64,000 bases of DNA from an uncultured Chloroflexia bacterium (GTDB lineage: Bacteria > Chloroflexota > Chloroflexia > Thermomicrobiales > UBA6265), in NCBI GenBank assembly GCA_963750275.1, contig CAVVQC010000005.1, forward strand, positions 756,105 to 820,104, read 5' to 3'. Both the position numbers and the translations under genes were made by a program. Under the pieces are notes generated by a model. It was not told where the DNA came from, did no database searches, and saw only the letters and a program-made list of their open reading frames with translations. Below, piece by piece: positions 1 to 10,725 of the stretch. The first letter of the stretch is position 1; each line of letters begins with the position of its first letter.

Positions 1-1
1 T

Positions 2-996
2 GTCGGCTGGCTACGCAATTGGAACGACGCCCAACCTGCGGATGGGATGCGCGCCGGATTCTATGGACTCGATCTCTACAGCCTCAGCTCCTCGATGCAA
101 TCGGTCATCCATTATCTGGACAAGATCGATCCCGAGGGCGCCCAACGCGCTCGGGCACGCTACGCCTGTTTCGATCATTTCGGTGACGATCCACAGGCCT
201 ACGGCTATCAGACAACTCGGGGCGTAACCGAGCCATGCGAAAACGAGGCAGTCGGCCAATTGGTCGAGTTGCAGCGGCGAGCTGGCGAGCTTGCCAATCG
301 GAATGGCCGTGTGGCCGCGGACGAGTTCTTCTTCGCCGAGCAGAATGCGAGACTAGCCCGCAATGCCGAGGCGTACTACCGGGCCATGTTTTATGGACGC
401 ATCTCCTCCTGGAATCTGCGCGACCGGCATATGGCCGAAACCATCGATGCGCTCGTGCCTCACTTGCGCGGCCGCAATGGTCCGACTGGAGGCCGGATCG
501 TGGTCTGGGCGCACAACTCACATTTGGGCGATGCCCGCGCGACCGAGATGGGCGCTGGTGGGGAGCTCAATGTCGGCCAATTGATGCGTCAACGCTATGG
601 TGACGATGCCTTGCTGATCGGTTTCAGCACCTACACCGGCACCGTGACCGCCGCACACAATTGGGACCAGCCAGCGCAACGCTACCGGGTGCGGCCCGGA
701 CTTCCCGGAAGCTGGGAAGAGCTGTTGCACGAGACCGGCCGCGACCGCTTCGTTTTCGATATTCCCAAGAGCGGCGTCCTCGCCGATGAGCTGCGGGAGC
801 CACGTCTGCAACGCGCCATCGGCGTGATCTACCGGCCCGAGACCGAGCGCTTCAGTCACTACTCCGAAGTGCAACTTCCCGACCAGTTCGATGCGCTGAT
901 TCATCTGGACGTCACATCAGCATTGCATCCTTGGACAAGGATGCGGGCTGGGAAGCTGCAGAGGAATTACCGGACACCTTCCCGTTTGCACTCTGA
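2..996 (+). pseudogene. erythromycin esterase (Ere) family protein; 5' end outside window, C-terminus frameshifted as assembled
   Basis: ORF 47..1060 stays open to the window edge in the same frame (VGWLRNWND..). Ere-family blocks GFYGLDLYS, VVWAHNSHLGD and AIGVIYRPETER are present. After ~nt 930 the family-like C-terminus LHPLDKDAGWEAAEELPDTFPFAL* is readable only in the -1 frame (TGA 994-996). This implies a 1-nt deletion in cc(t)ttgg; the listed tail to 1060 looks like out-of-frame read-through. Confidence 0.75.
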
Positions 997-1125
997 GGAG
1001 AAGTGCCCAAATTCGATCGGCCGCAGCCGTTCGTCACAGCAGGCGTTCTTCTCCCCATGATCGTCCAGAACAAGCCAAGGGCCCATCCCGATTGGGATGA
1101 GCCCTCGATCGTGCCGGTAGCGCAG

Positions 1126-3282
1126 CTACGGAGTGACCTCGTAGGCGACGCCGTCACTGATGGCAATGACGTGGTCACCCAGCGCGAAGGCAACCGCCAG
1201 ATCGGGATGCTCGACCAGCAGCGCGAAATACTCCTCGCTGGCGAACTCGATCTGCACTGTCTCCATGGTGTCGGCATCGAACGTTGTCTCGGTCCAGACA
1301 CCATCCTTGAAGAGGAAGGCGCGGTCGCCGATCGCCCGCAGCTCGACACCTTCTTCCGCGTATTGCGCTGGCGCGGCACTGTCGGCATCGGCCATCGACG
1401 CGCTGGTGGACGCGGCATCGACCGCCGCACCGCCTGAGCTCTCCATTGGCGCGGCCACAGCGGCTTCGTATGCCTCGCCCGCGACTTCCTCGCGACCCGC
1501 CTGCGTGAGAATGTCATCCTCGGTGATCAGATATGAGGTGTATGGGGTCACGATGCCATAGCGGATGCTGAGCTCGATGATCGCCTCAGTCAGCTCCTTT
1601 TGCTCGCCCTGCAGGCGGATCTGGTTCATCAGATAGCCGATCTTGCGAGTCGCCCAAAGCCGCGGCAAGCTCTCGGTCGAGGTCGTTTCGCTGCTACTGA
1701 CGAAGCTCTGTCCCTCATAGACGTATGTGGTTTGCTCGCCGTCGATCTCGCCGGTCAGCTCGATGGTCGCGCTGCCACCTTCCTTGTAATGACCGACGAT
1801 CACCAACTGCGATCCGGCGAAGATATCCGGCAACGGGTTCGGATAGATCTCCTCGGTGTCGACGCCGTCGATCTTCAGCGCGACATTGGTGAGCACCGGC
1901 GTGCTGATCTTGGCGTAGAAAGCGGAAACCGATTCATCCAACCGCTCGCCCGGGCGGACATACGAGCTGGCGCCATGATGCTCGGCCACCAGATTGTCCA
2001 GCAGCACGGTATCGACATCGTCGCCGACGCCGAACGCGAAGAGGCGCACATTGTCCGGGGCGACTTCGCTGACATTCTTCAGAATGTCCGGCGTATCAGT
2101 CTCACCCTCGGTCGGCAGACCGTCGGTCAGGAAGAGCACGTAGGTTGGGCGCTCCTCATCGACCAGATCCATTGCCTCGGTCAGCGCCTCGTCGATATTG
2201 GTGCCGCCGTTCGACTGCAACTGTTCAACCCAGTCGATGGCATCCTGCGCTTGATTCGCGTTGAGCAGCTCATTCTCATAAAGCCGCACGCCAGTGCTGA
2301 ATTCGACAATGGTGAAGCGGTCGCCCTCGTTCAGGTTCTCCAGGATGTAGACCAGCGCTTCCTTCGCTTGCTCGATCTTCTCGCCTTCCATGCTGCCCGA
2401 GGTATCGAGCACCACGATCACGTCCTTGCTGATCGCTGTTTCCTGCGCAGGAATCCCCGGGGCGGCCAGGATCATGAAGGTGCCCTGCTCGTCCTGTTCG
2501 GACCAGTAGGAGAGCAGATTCACGCCGATAGCGTTGTCCGAGAGGGTGTAGAAGAGGTCGAAGTCGGTGTCTGGCTTGACATCGTTCGCTTCCCAACCGG
2601 CGGTGAAGGTGTTTTCGTCTTCCTTGTCGACCACAATCTCGTGGCTCGGGGAATAGATCGCCCGCACGGGCTCGTCGGAGGTGACCTGAACGCTCACGCT
2701 GACCGATTCGATCGGTGCAGCGGAGAAACGCTCGGTGTTGAGCGGGTACCGGTAATGCACCACCCCGCCCTCGGCGGTCAGCACTTGCTGATAGCGAATC
2801 TGGATGTTCGCGTCATCGCCCGGCTCGATGGGATAGATGCTCGCCTGAATGACGTTCTGCCCAAGGTATTCGAGCAGTGCGGGGTCGCGCATCTCCGTTA
2901 CGATTTCTTCGTAGATCGCACGCGCCTCATCCGCTTCGAGGATCTGCGCCTCGACTTCCTTCCCATCGACCGTCATGGTGAACTGATCGATCGTGGCGCC
3001 TTCCGGCACCGGGAAGAGATACGTCCCTTCCGCCACCCAGTCATTCGGGTTGTAGAAGGTTTGATCGATCTCGGTAGTGGCGAGCTGATCGTCGATGGTC
3101 ACATCGACGTGATGTTGTTTCACCACCAGTTGATCGCCGACATAGATCGGCGTGTCGCAGCGGGGATCGCATTCTGGCGGCGTGACCACGATGACCCCAT
3201 CGGCGCGAGCGCCAGTCACCGTGGCCACTACCGTCAGCAGCATGAGCAGGGCGGCTAACCCATGCACCATTCGTGCGCGCAT
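1126..3282 (-). CDS. secreted VIT + von Willebrand factor type A (VWA) domain protein
   Basis: ORF 1126..3537. The best start is ATG 3282 (GGAGGA 9 nt upstream), giving the signal peptide MRARMVHGLAALLMLLTVVATVTGARA. A VIT-like N-domain (TYLFPVPEGATIDQFTMTVDGKEV) is followed by the VWA MIDAS block VIVVLDTSGSMEGEKI. Confidence 0.85.
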   Translation of the reverse strand: MRARMVHGLAALLMLLTVVATVTGARADGVIVVTPPECDPRCDTPIYVGDQLVVKQHHVDVTIDDQLATTEIDQTFYNPNDWVAEGTYLFPVPEGATIDQFTMTVDGKEVEAQILEADEARAIYEEIVTEMRDPALLEYLGQNVIQASIYPIEPGDDANIQIRYQQVLTAEGGVVHYRYPLNTERFSAAPIESVSVSVQVTSDEPVRAIYSPSHEIVVDKEDENTFTAGWEANDVKPDTDFDLFYTLSDNAIGVNLLSYWSEQDEQGTFMILAAPGIPAQETAISKDVIVVLDTSGSMEGEKIEQAKEALVYILENLNEGDRFTIVEFSTGVRLYENELLNANQAQDAIDWVEQLQSNGGTNIDEALTEAMDLVDEERPTYVLFLTDGLPTEGETDTPDILKNVSEVAPDNVRLFAFGVGDDVDTVLLDNLVAEHHGASSYVRPGERLDESVSAFYAKISTPVLTNVALKIDGVDTEEIYPNPLPDIFAGSQLVIVGHYKEGGSATIELTGEIDGEQTTYVYEGQSFVSSSETTSTESLPRLWATRKIGYLMNQIRLQGEQKELTEAIIELSIRYGIVTPYTSYLITEDDILTQAGREEVAGEAYEAAVAAPMESSGGAAVDAASTSASMADADSAAPAQYAEEGVELRAIGDRAFLFKDGVWTETTFDADTMETVQIEFASEEYFALLVEHPDLAVAFALGDHVIAISDGVAYEVTP

Positions 3283-3461
3283 TCGCTTAGTTCCTCCATT
3301 AGCCTGGTCGCTTATCGAAACCCCATCTCCGCGCCCCGCCCGATCGACCAGCCTGCCCCGGCGGGGGCTTGGTGATGGAACGCCGGTGGTGAAGAAAAGG
3401 TTCCCGGAGGAATTCGGTGCGAAGCGAGTGGCCGTTCGCCAGGTTCTAAGCAGAGGCTCGA

Positions 3462-3803
3462 TTACGACTCCGGGTCGAACATGATCTCCCGCACCTCTTG
3501 CGCGCACTGGCAGGCGACGGCGATCCTGGCGGCCCACTCCAGTGCGTCTTCACGCGACGGCACCTCGATGATCGAGAATCCGCCGACAACCGCTTTGGTT
3601 TCTGGATAAGGGCCATCGGAGACGGTTCCATCAGTGGCGACGATGCTCGCCTGCTGACGTTGCAATCCGCCGCCCCAGATCCACACACCGGCGTCTTTGG
3701 CTTCCTGGACGACCTTGTGCGCGGCTTCCCCTACGGCGGGCAAATCTTCCTCAGTAATGTGATCCATCGAGCCGTCATCGAATGAGATCAGAAAGCGCTT
3801 CAT
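3462..3803 (-). CDS. YciI family protein
   Basis: MKRFLISFDDGSMDHITEEDLPAVGEAAHKVVQEAKDAGVWIWGGGL..GGFSIIEVPSREDALEWAARIA is a typical YciI/DGPF-like sequence. ATG at 3803; the upstream part of ORF 3462..3929 overlaps the uvrA-like stop region. Confidence 0.8.
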   Translation of the reverse strand: MKRFLISFDDGSMDHITEEDLPAVGEAAHKVVQEAKDAGVWIWGGGLQRQQASIVATDGTVSDGPYPETKAVVGGFSIIEVPSREDALEWAARIAVACQCAQEVREIMFDPES

Positions 3804-3828
3804 CCCGTCATTCCGTTCCGCTTTGAGC

Positions 3829-6217
3829 TCAGCTCCGCACATACGCTGCCAAATGCGTACCAGTGAGAGTCGATTGGGCGGCAACCAAATCGACAGGGGT
3901 GCCTTCGAAGACGACCCGTCCCCCATCATGACCCGCTCCCGGACCCAGATCGATGATCCAGTCGGCGTGCGCCATGACGGCCTGATGGTGCTCGATCACG
4001 ATCACCGATTTGCCCGATTCGACCAGCCGGTCGAGTAGCGCCAACAGGTTCTCGACATCGGCCAGGTGCAATCCGCTGGTCGGCTCGTCCAGGATGTAGA
4101 CCTCGCCCTTGTCGGCCATGGCGGTCGCTAACTTCAACCGCTGGCGCTCGCCACCGGAAAGGGTCGTCAATGGCTGCCCGAGCCGGATATAACCCAGGCC
4201 GACATCGTTGAGCCGTTGCAGGATCGCGACAGCGGCAGGAATCTTGGTCGGGCCAGTCGAAAAGAATGCGAGCGCTTCCGACACCGGCAGATCGAGCACC
4301 TCGGCAATGTTGAGCTCGCCGAGCCGGTAGTCCAGCACCGCCGCCTGAAACCGCTTGCCGCCGCACTCCTCGCAGACGGTGGTGACCCCTTCCATCATGC
4401 CGAGGTCGGTGTAGATCACCCCCGCGCCGTTGCAAGCGGGACAGGCCCCTTCCGAATTGGCGCTGAAGAGGGCGGGCTTCACGCCGTTGGCTTTGGCGAA
4501 CGCTTTGCGGATCGGCTCGAGCAGGCCGGTATAGGTCGCGGGATTGCTCCGCCGCGAGCCTTTGATCGCCGCTTGATCGACCGCCACCACCCCATCGCGT
4601 TTCGCCACCGAACCATGAATCAATGAGCTCTTGCCCGAACCGGCCACCCCAGTGACCACTACCAGCACCCCGGTGGGGATATCGACATCGACGTTTTGCA
4701 GGTTGTGGGCAGTTGCGCCGCGTATCTCCAGCACTCCCGTGGAATCACGAACGTCCGGCTTGAGCCGCGCCCGGTCATCCAGATGACGCCCGGTCAGGGT
4801 ATCGCTCCTGCGCAGTTCCTCGACCGTGCCCTCGAACACGATCTCGCCCCCTGCGGTTCCTGCCCCAGGCCCGAGATCGATCACATGATCGGCAATCGCG
4901 ATCGCCTCCGGTTTGTGCTCGACCACGAGGATCGTATTTCCCTTGTCGCGTAACTGAATCAACAGATCGTTCATGCGCTGGATATCGTGCGGATGCAGCC
5001 CAATGGTCGGCTCATCGAAGACGTAGGTGACATCAGTGAGGGCCGATCCGAGGTGACGAATCATCTTGGTGCGCTGCGCCTCTCCCCCGGACAAGGTGCC
5101 CGACGGCCGGTCGAGACTGAGATACCCCAACCCGATCTCCACGAACGAATCGAGCAGTTGCTGCAACGCATTCAGCAACGGAGCAACCGTCGGCTCGTCC
5201 AACCCGCGCACCCATTCGGCCAGATCGCTGATCTGCATGGCGCAGACATCGGCGATGTTGCTCCCCCTGATCTTCGAGGACCGCGCCAGCTCGTTCAGCC
5301 GGGTACCGCCGCAATCCGGACAGGCGGTGAAGGTGACCGCCCGCTCCACGAACGCGCGGATGTGCGGTTGCATCGCCTCCTTATCCTTGGAGAGCATCGA
5401 CTTTTGCATTTTGGGGATGATCCCCTCATAGGTGAGGTTGACTCCCTCGACCTTCACCTTCACCGGCTCGTGATAGAGCAGATCCTTGAGCTCCTTCTTC
5501 GTAAATTCGCGAATGGGCTTGTGCGGATCGAAGAATCCGGCGGCCATGAAGATGCGCACGAACCAGCCATCGACCGTGTAGCCAGGGATCTTGAGCGCCC
5601 CCTCGGCCAGTGATTTGGAATCGTCGTACAGCTCGGTGAAATCGAAATCGGTGACCGCTCCGGTGCCTTCGCAGCGCGGGCACATCCCGCCATTGAGCGA
5701 GAAGGTCTCCACCTTGGCTTCCCCCGCACGGCTCCCCTTTTCCACCACGATCGTGCCACTCGCTCTAACAGTGGCGACATTGAAGGAAAAGGCATTGGGG
5801 GAACCGATCTGCGGTTGTCCGAGCCGGCTGAAGAGGATGCGCAACAGCGCGTTGGCATCGGTCGCGGTCCCGACCGTCGAACGGATATTGGCGCCCATCC
5901 GCTCCTGATCGACGATGATCGCGGTGGTCAGACCATCCAGCACATCGACCTCGGGCCGGGAAAGGGTTGGCATGAACCCCTGCACGAACGTGGGATAGGT
6001 CTCGTTGATCATGCGCTGCGATTCGGCAGCGATCGTGTTGAAAACCAGCGAGCTCTTTCCTGATCCGGATACCCCCGTGAAGACCGTTAGCCGACGCTTT
6101 GGGGATATCGACACTGATGTCCTTGAGATTGTTCTCGCGCGCTCCCCGCACGCGGATCATGTCGTGGCTGTCGGCAAGATGGGGTGCGGACGGTCGATTT
6201 TCGATAGTGGCAGTCAT
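3829..6217 (-). pseudogene. UvrA-paralog ABC ATPase (short, UvrA2/DrrC-like excinuclease A family), one frameshift near the 5' end as assembled
   Basis: ORF 3829..6114 has two ABC ATPase modules ([36 protein letters not shown]) and Zn-finger Cys pairs (CPRCEGTG, CPDCGGTR, CPACNGAG, CEECGG). The canonical N-terminus MTATIENRPS..IRVRGARENNLKDISVDIPK lies in ORF 5765..6337 (ATG 6217, AAAGGGAGA RBS). The junction DIPK|RRLTVFTG needs removal of one nt in ccccaaag (6097-6104). At ~795 aa it is too short to contain a full UvrB-binding insert. Confidence 0.85.
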
Positions 6218-6550
6218 CCGGAACAGGTCTCCCTTTCGTGGGTATCGCGGCGCACAGCACCCACCACTGGCGTGGCTGGCTCGATTGCGCTCATCTGCGG
6301 GGCAACAGATTCTGCATGCTGATCGTCGTTTCGACAACCTGGCAATCGACGAGCGCCTCGCCTACCTGACGAATGGAAACCCTGGAATGTGACCTGATTG
6401 CTGGGCGGCAGAATCCCATGGTTGGAAACCAGGATCTGACAGGGCGAAGTCTCTCCCAGGCCAAGGAAGGGACCGGGTTGAAATCAGGAAACGAAATTAA
6501 GGAGTAAGCGATTAGGCGGTGGGATCGACCGTGACGCTCTGCAGAAGCCG

Positions 6551-6576
6551 GGATCCAGCACCGGGTGAGGATGACG
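6551..6576 (-). repeat. degenerate copy of the dispersed GTCATCCTGA..GGATC repeat family
   Basis: The reverse complement reads GTCATCCTCACCCGGTGCTGGATCC. It shares the GTCATCCT head and GGATC tail with the copies at 29711, 47773, 47847, 47962 and 62168. It lies in the long leader upstream of the uvrA-like gene. Confidence 0.3.
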
Positions 6577-6646
6577 GGTAACCAGCCCGGGCACGATGAT
6601 CTGCTGCCCAGGCCCGCGCTCGTTGCCAAACGTGCCGCTTGAGTGA

Positions 6647-6675
6647 AGTATAAGAACATATGTTCTCATTGTCAA
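6647..6675 (-). promoter_or_regulatory. sigma70-type promoter with embedded LexA (Cheo-type SOS) box, firing leftward toward the uvrA-like gene
   Basis: The minus strand reads TTGACA-atgAGAACATATGTTCT-TATACT. The -35 is at 6670-6675 and the -10 at 6647-6652, with an exact 17-nt spacer. The perfect palindrome AGAACATATGTTCT (6653-6666) matches the GAAC-N4-GTTC SOS-box core. Confidence 0.7.
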
Positions 6676-6769
6676 GTGAAATGCGAAGGCGCCTTGCAAA
6701 CCTGTGGCGCAACTCTATTGGTAGCGGTTGGCGTCTGCCGTGAGATCCATAAGAGACGGGGAACTGGGG

Positions 6770-7414
6770 TTAGGCCAACCCGGCATCCCGCGCTCGAATA
6801 ATCGCCTCAGACCTGTCGGCCACCTGCAACTTCGCGAAGATGTTGCTGACGTGATTGGCTATCGTCTTGGGCGACAGGAATAGTTCTCGCGCAATGGTCG
6901 AGTTGTTCTTCCCCTGTGCGATGAGGGTGAGAATCTCCCGCTCCCGCTCGGTCAGATTGGGGAAGAGTGGTGTGGGTGCCGGACGCGAGAAATAGGTCAG
7001 CACCCGTGAGGCAATCGTTGGACTGAAGATCGCTTCCCCAGCCGCCACCGACCGAATTGCCCGCAGCAGATCATCTTCGTCCGTTCCTTTGAGCACATAC
7101 CCGCGCGCGCCGGCCCGCAGTGCGGCGAAAACCGAATCGTCATCCTCGAACATCGTCACGATGAGCACATGGATCGACGGACTATCCTCCACGATCGTCC
7201 GGGTTGCCTGAATCCCGGACCCATCCGGCAGTTGCAAATCCATCAGCACCACATCGGGCTGCAGGGAAAGAGCCAGATCCACCGCCGAATTCACCCCGTC
7301 CGCAGCGCCCGCCATTTCCATATCCGGTTGCACGGCAATCACCGCGCTCACTCCCCGGCGAAAGAGTGGGTGATCGTCAACGATCAGAACGCGAAGCACA
7401 TCACGGTCGGTCAT
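6770..7414 (-). CDS. NarL/FixJ-family response regulator (REC + LuxR-type HTH)
   Basis: The receiver domain contains LRVLIVDDHPLFRRG ..VVLMDLQLPDGSG. The C-terminal HTH is LTEREREILTLIAQGKNNSTIARELFLSPKTIANHVSNIFAKLQV. Confidence 0.9.
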   Translation of the reverse strand: MTDRDVLRVLIVDDHPLFRRGVSAVIAVQPDMEMAGAADGVNSAVDLALSLQPDVVLMDLQLPDGSGIQATRTIVEDSPSIHVLIVTMFEDDDSVFAALRAGARGYVLKGTDEDDLLRAIRSVAAGEAIFSPTIASRVLTYFSRPAPTPLFPNLTEREREILTLIAQGKNNSTIARELFLSPKTIANHVSNIFAKLQVADRSEAIIRARDAGLA

Positions 7415-7481
7415 CGAACGCTATCCAGGCCAGGAGGTAGCGGATGGGCCGGAGAAGCAATGAGAAGTGCAGTGCGGGCCA

Positions 7482-9627
7482 TTACTCGTCCCCGCCAGAT
7501 ACCGGCAAATTCGCCTCGATACGTGTCCCGGCAGGATCGAGCGGCTCGGCCGCAAATGCGCCCCCAAGCTCCAACGCGCGCTCTCGCATCGATTGCAATC
7601 CAACGCCGGAGATACGGTCGGTCGCAATACCACCCCCATCGTCCTCGATCGTCAACCGGATTCCCGCTGAGTCATGCGCGATACGTATCACGCACCGAGT
7701 TGCATTGGCATGCCGCACGACATTCGTCAACGCCTCGTCGACGATATGGTAAATGGCCACTTCGACTGCTGCCGGCAGGTCACCCAGTTGATCCGGAGCG
7801 TCGAGCGTCACGAGCAAGCGACGCTCCGACATTGGACGCTCCTTCACCAAGATTGACGGTCGAAATCCGATTCTGCAGGGCGCCGATCAACCCCAGATCG
7901 TCGAGCGCTGCCGGCCGCAATCCTTGCACCAACCGGCGAATATCGGCGATGGCGGTGCGCAGCTCCTGTTGCAGCTCGGTTGCCTGTTCCACGGCCGCAT
8001 CCGGATCGCTGCGGATGGTTACCTTCATTGCCCCAGCCTGCAAGGTGAGCGCGGCCAGCTGCGCACCGAGCCCATCGTGCAAATCGCGGCGCAAACGGCG
8101 GCGTTCTTCTTCCCGGGCGGTCACGATCCGCTCGCGCGAAAGCTGCAAGTCATTCGTAAGGCGCACGTTGTGCGCCACCACCCCGATCTGGCGCGCCAGA
8201 TCGTCCAAAAGGCGCAGATCGGTCGAATCGAACTCGCGCGAGCCGGAACGCGGGGAGACGATCAACTCTCCCACCGGTTGCGATTGATAGATCAGCGGGA
8301 TTGGCACCTCGGTGGCGCCAGGTGTTCCGGCTACCGCGACCGGCAGCACCCCCGATTCGAGCGTAATCGCCGCATAGGGGAGGCGCAATGCTTCGGTCAG
8401 GGTGCGCACCGTCGCCCGCAAAGCTTCCACCGGCTGAATCGTTTCGGACAGATCGCCAGCCAGCTTGCGCAGCACCTCATAGGGATCGTCCCGATCGCCA
8501 TAGAAGAGGCGATTGACACCATGCTGTACGCGTGCCCGCATGGGCTGAAAAAGCACTGCGGTCAGGCCCAGTGCGAACAGCGTGAGCACGTTCGATCGAT
8601 CATGCTCGAAGCTCGATCCGATACCAAAAACAATGCCAACATAGGCAGCAATCACGAGCACCGTCATCAGAAGCCAGACCAGCGTACGGCTGATGACGAG
8701 ATCGATATCGAAGAGCCGGTACCGCAGAATCGCGATGGTCAGGCAGATGGGAAAAGCCAGCGAAAAGACCGGCACCGCAATCGTGAAGCCGAGCATAGCC
8801 AGCACTCCTCTGGGAGAGTCGTCGATATTCCGCATCATGGCGTCACCGATCAGAAATGCGGAAAGGGCGAGCACCACGCCAATAGCGCCCAATTTCATCT
8901 GCTGCCGCTGGACCGGGCTCGACTTCCAACGATACCGATAGATGAGCGTGCCAAGACCCAATACCAACAGCAGCAGATCGCTACCTGCCTCCACTACCCG
9001 GCCCAGGCCCTGGCTTGGGTCTCGTCCTGGCGCAGCGATAAACGAGCACACCATGATCATGTAGAACGCCGCCGGAATGGCGACCCATCGCGGCACAAAG
9101 GTGCCGGTCGGAAAGAGCAACGGCAGCAGAAATAGACTGGTAATGTTGAGCGCCGTCAGCATGATGCCAACGGCGAGCCAGACCGGCTCGCCGGCCAACT
9201 GCCGGTGCAGATCAGGGGGATAAACCGCGCCAATACCGGCAACGAAGGTCAGGGAGATGTAGAACGCAAACCAGTCGGTTCCCCGTCGTTTCCAAAGCAG
9301 GATCGCGCTCAGGACCACGGCCACCAGCGACTGGAGGAGCATTCCCCCCGCGACGACGATGGACAATGAACGCTCGGAGATCCCCAGACCCGCAAGATTC
9401 GACCGGAAACCAGCCGCCTCGGTCGCAGACATATCGGTCATGCCGAGAATATCGTCGACCTGCAGCGTGCTGGTCCGGACGAACATTGCCACCGCCAACA
9501 AGAGCACAATGAGCCAGAACATCATCTGCCCGCGACGAACCCGCGCGGGATCGAGTCCCACCAAAGCTCGCTGCCGGAATGATGCGCCGAATTGCATCGG
9601 TTGCGTCCATTCGCCTGTTGTTGGCAC
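7482..9627 (-). pseudogene. membrane sensor histidine kinase (HisKA_3 + HATPase_c), split by one frameshift as assembled
   Basis: ORF 7780..9627 has multiple TM helices, a GAF-like segment and the dimerisation/His block EERRRLRRDLHDGLGAQLAAL. The ATPase domain (LPAAVEVAIYHIVDEALTNVVRHA, IEDDGGGI, GVGLQSMRERA) is in overlapping ORF 7482..7850 in another frame. The shift lies somewhere around 7800-7870. It sits immediately upstream of the response regulator. Confidence 0.85.
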
Positions 9628-9677
9628 ACGTGGTTGCTATCGTAGAGTATCGAGACCCGCAGCGCCGATTCCTCGGC

Positions 9678-10538
9678 TCACACGACGGTGACGATGTCCA
9701 GCATTCCCTCCATCGCGTGGGGCACGTCGCCCGGGAAGGGAAGCATGCACAGCACCGCATACGTTCCGGGCGCCAGATCGGTGTCGAGCCAGGTCGTGAG
9801 TCCGGCTCCCAATATGCTTGTCGCGGCAGCGGGTTGGTAGTTGGTGAGCGCGGTCGTCAATGGATCGTCGGCCAGCGGAGTCGCGTCTGGCGGCAAGGCA
9901 AAGAGGGCAAGAAGCTCGTCGGTTGTGGTTCCCTCCGGCACTGCCATCACCTGAAACTCATGGGCAATTGCTCCGATATTGCTCACTTTCAGTTGTGCTA
10001 CTCCACCGGGCAGTCCATCCTCCGGCAGAACAAAGCGCATCTCGGTGAGCTCGACCGTGGCAGTTGCGTTCGGTTCGACTGAGGCGTTGTTGCCGTCGGC
10101 CACGGTCGTGAACGCGCTTCTGCTCGAAAACGGATCGAACATGAAATAGTTCCCCGCTGCCAGATCGATTACGCCGGTTCGCGTCTCCCCCGGAACACCC
10201 CAGTCGGGTAGCCCGACATAGCCAGCATTCAGGAACCAGTCGGGCAAATCCTCTGATCCGGAGGTCATGAAGGCCATAACGTCATCCGGAGTCGTCCCAT
10301 CGGGTAACCGCCCCAGGGAGGAGTGCGATGGGGTCGTGCCCGCATTGACCACGCTGACCGCATAGCGTCCCGCCGTGAGTCCTTCGGGGATCTCATACGA
10401 ATCGTCGTTGACTGTGATGGTCAAGCTCGGAAAGTCCGCTGCCGCGGGAGTTCCCTGCGCAAACGCGCGATTGCCGCGTGCGATGAACATGTTCGCTACC
10501 AGGAAGCCGCTCCCCTGGAGAAGTGTGCGCCGGTTCAT
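9678..10538 (-). CDS. Tat/Sec-exported two-domain protein with C-terminal cupredoxin-like (type-1 copper-like) ligand pattern
   Basis: Start ATG 10538 (AAAGAGGA RBS) gives MNRRTLLQGSGFLVANMFIARGNRAFAQ. The C-terminal domain has H (AIAHEFQV) ... C-x8-H-x3-M (AVLCMLPFPGDVPHAMEGMLDIVTV). It is a paralog of 62330..63241. Confidence 0.6.
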   Translation of the reverse strand: MNRRTLLQGSGFLVANMFIARGNRAFAQGTPAAADFPSLTITVNDDSYEIPEGLTAGRYAVSVVNAGTTPSHSSLGRLPDGTTPDDVMAFMTSGSEDLPDWFLNAGYVGLPDWGVPGETRTGVIDLAAGNYFMFDPFSSRSAFTTVADGNNASVEPNATATVELTEMRFVLPEDGLPGGVAQLKVSNIGAIAHEFQVMAVPEGTTTDELLALFALPPDATPLADDPLTTALTNYQPAAATSILGAGLTTWLDTDLAPGTYAVLCMLPFPGDVPHAMEGMLDIVTVV

Positions 10539-10725
10539 GGGTCGTCCTCTTTCACGATTGTCCGAAGCGCGGCACGTCCAAACCGCATGCAACGCTGGCA
10601 ACACCGTAGATGCGGGGAGTTCCCGGGTGACAGGGGGAGTGATCCCGATGCAACCGGGAAATTTCGCGCCGCACAATGGGTTCGATGGAGTCAGGTCTGG
10701 CAGCGTGAGAGGCACACGCAACTAC

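Noticed and set aside
1600-3258. 552-aa plus-strand ORF
   Set aside because: It lies entirely antisense to the VIT/VWA gene. The composition is Arg/Gly/His-rich and low-complexity with no motifs, which is typical of a GC-rich shadow ORF.
6291-6659. 122-aa minus-strand ORF as a possible SOS-induced protein
   Set aside because: Its ATG lies inside the LexA box, upstream of the predicted transcription start. It has no RBS and the sequence is Cys/Trp/Arg-rich and non-protein-like.
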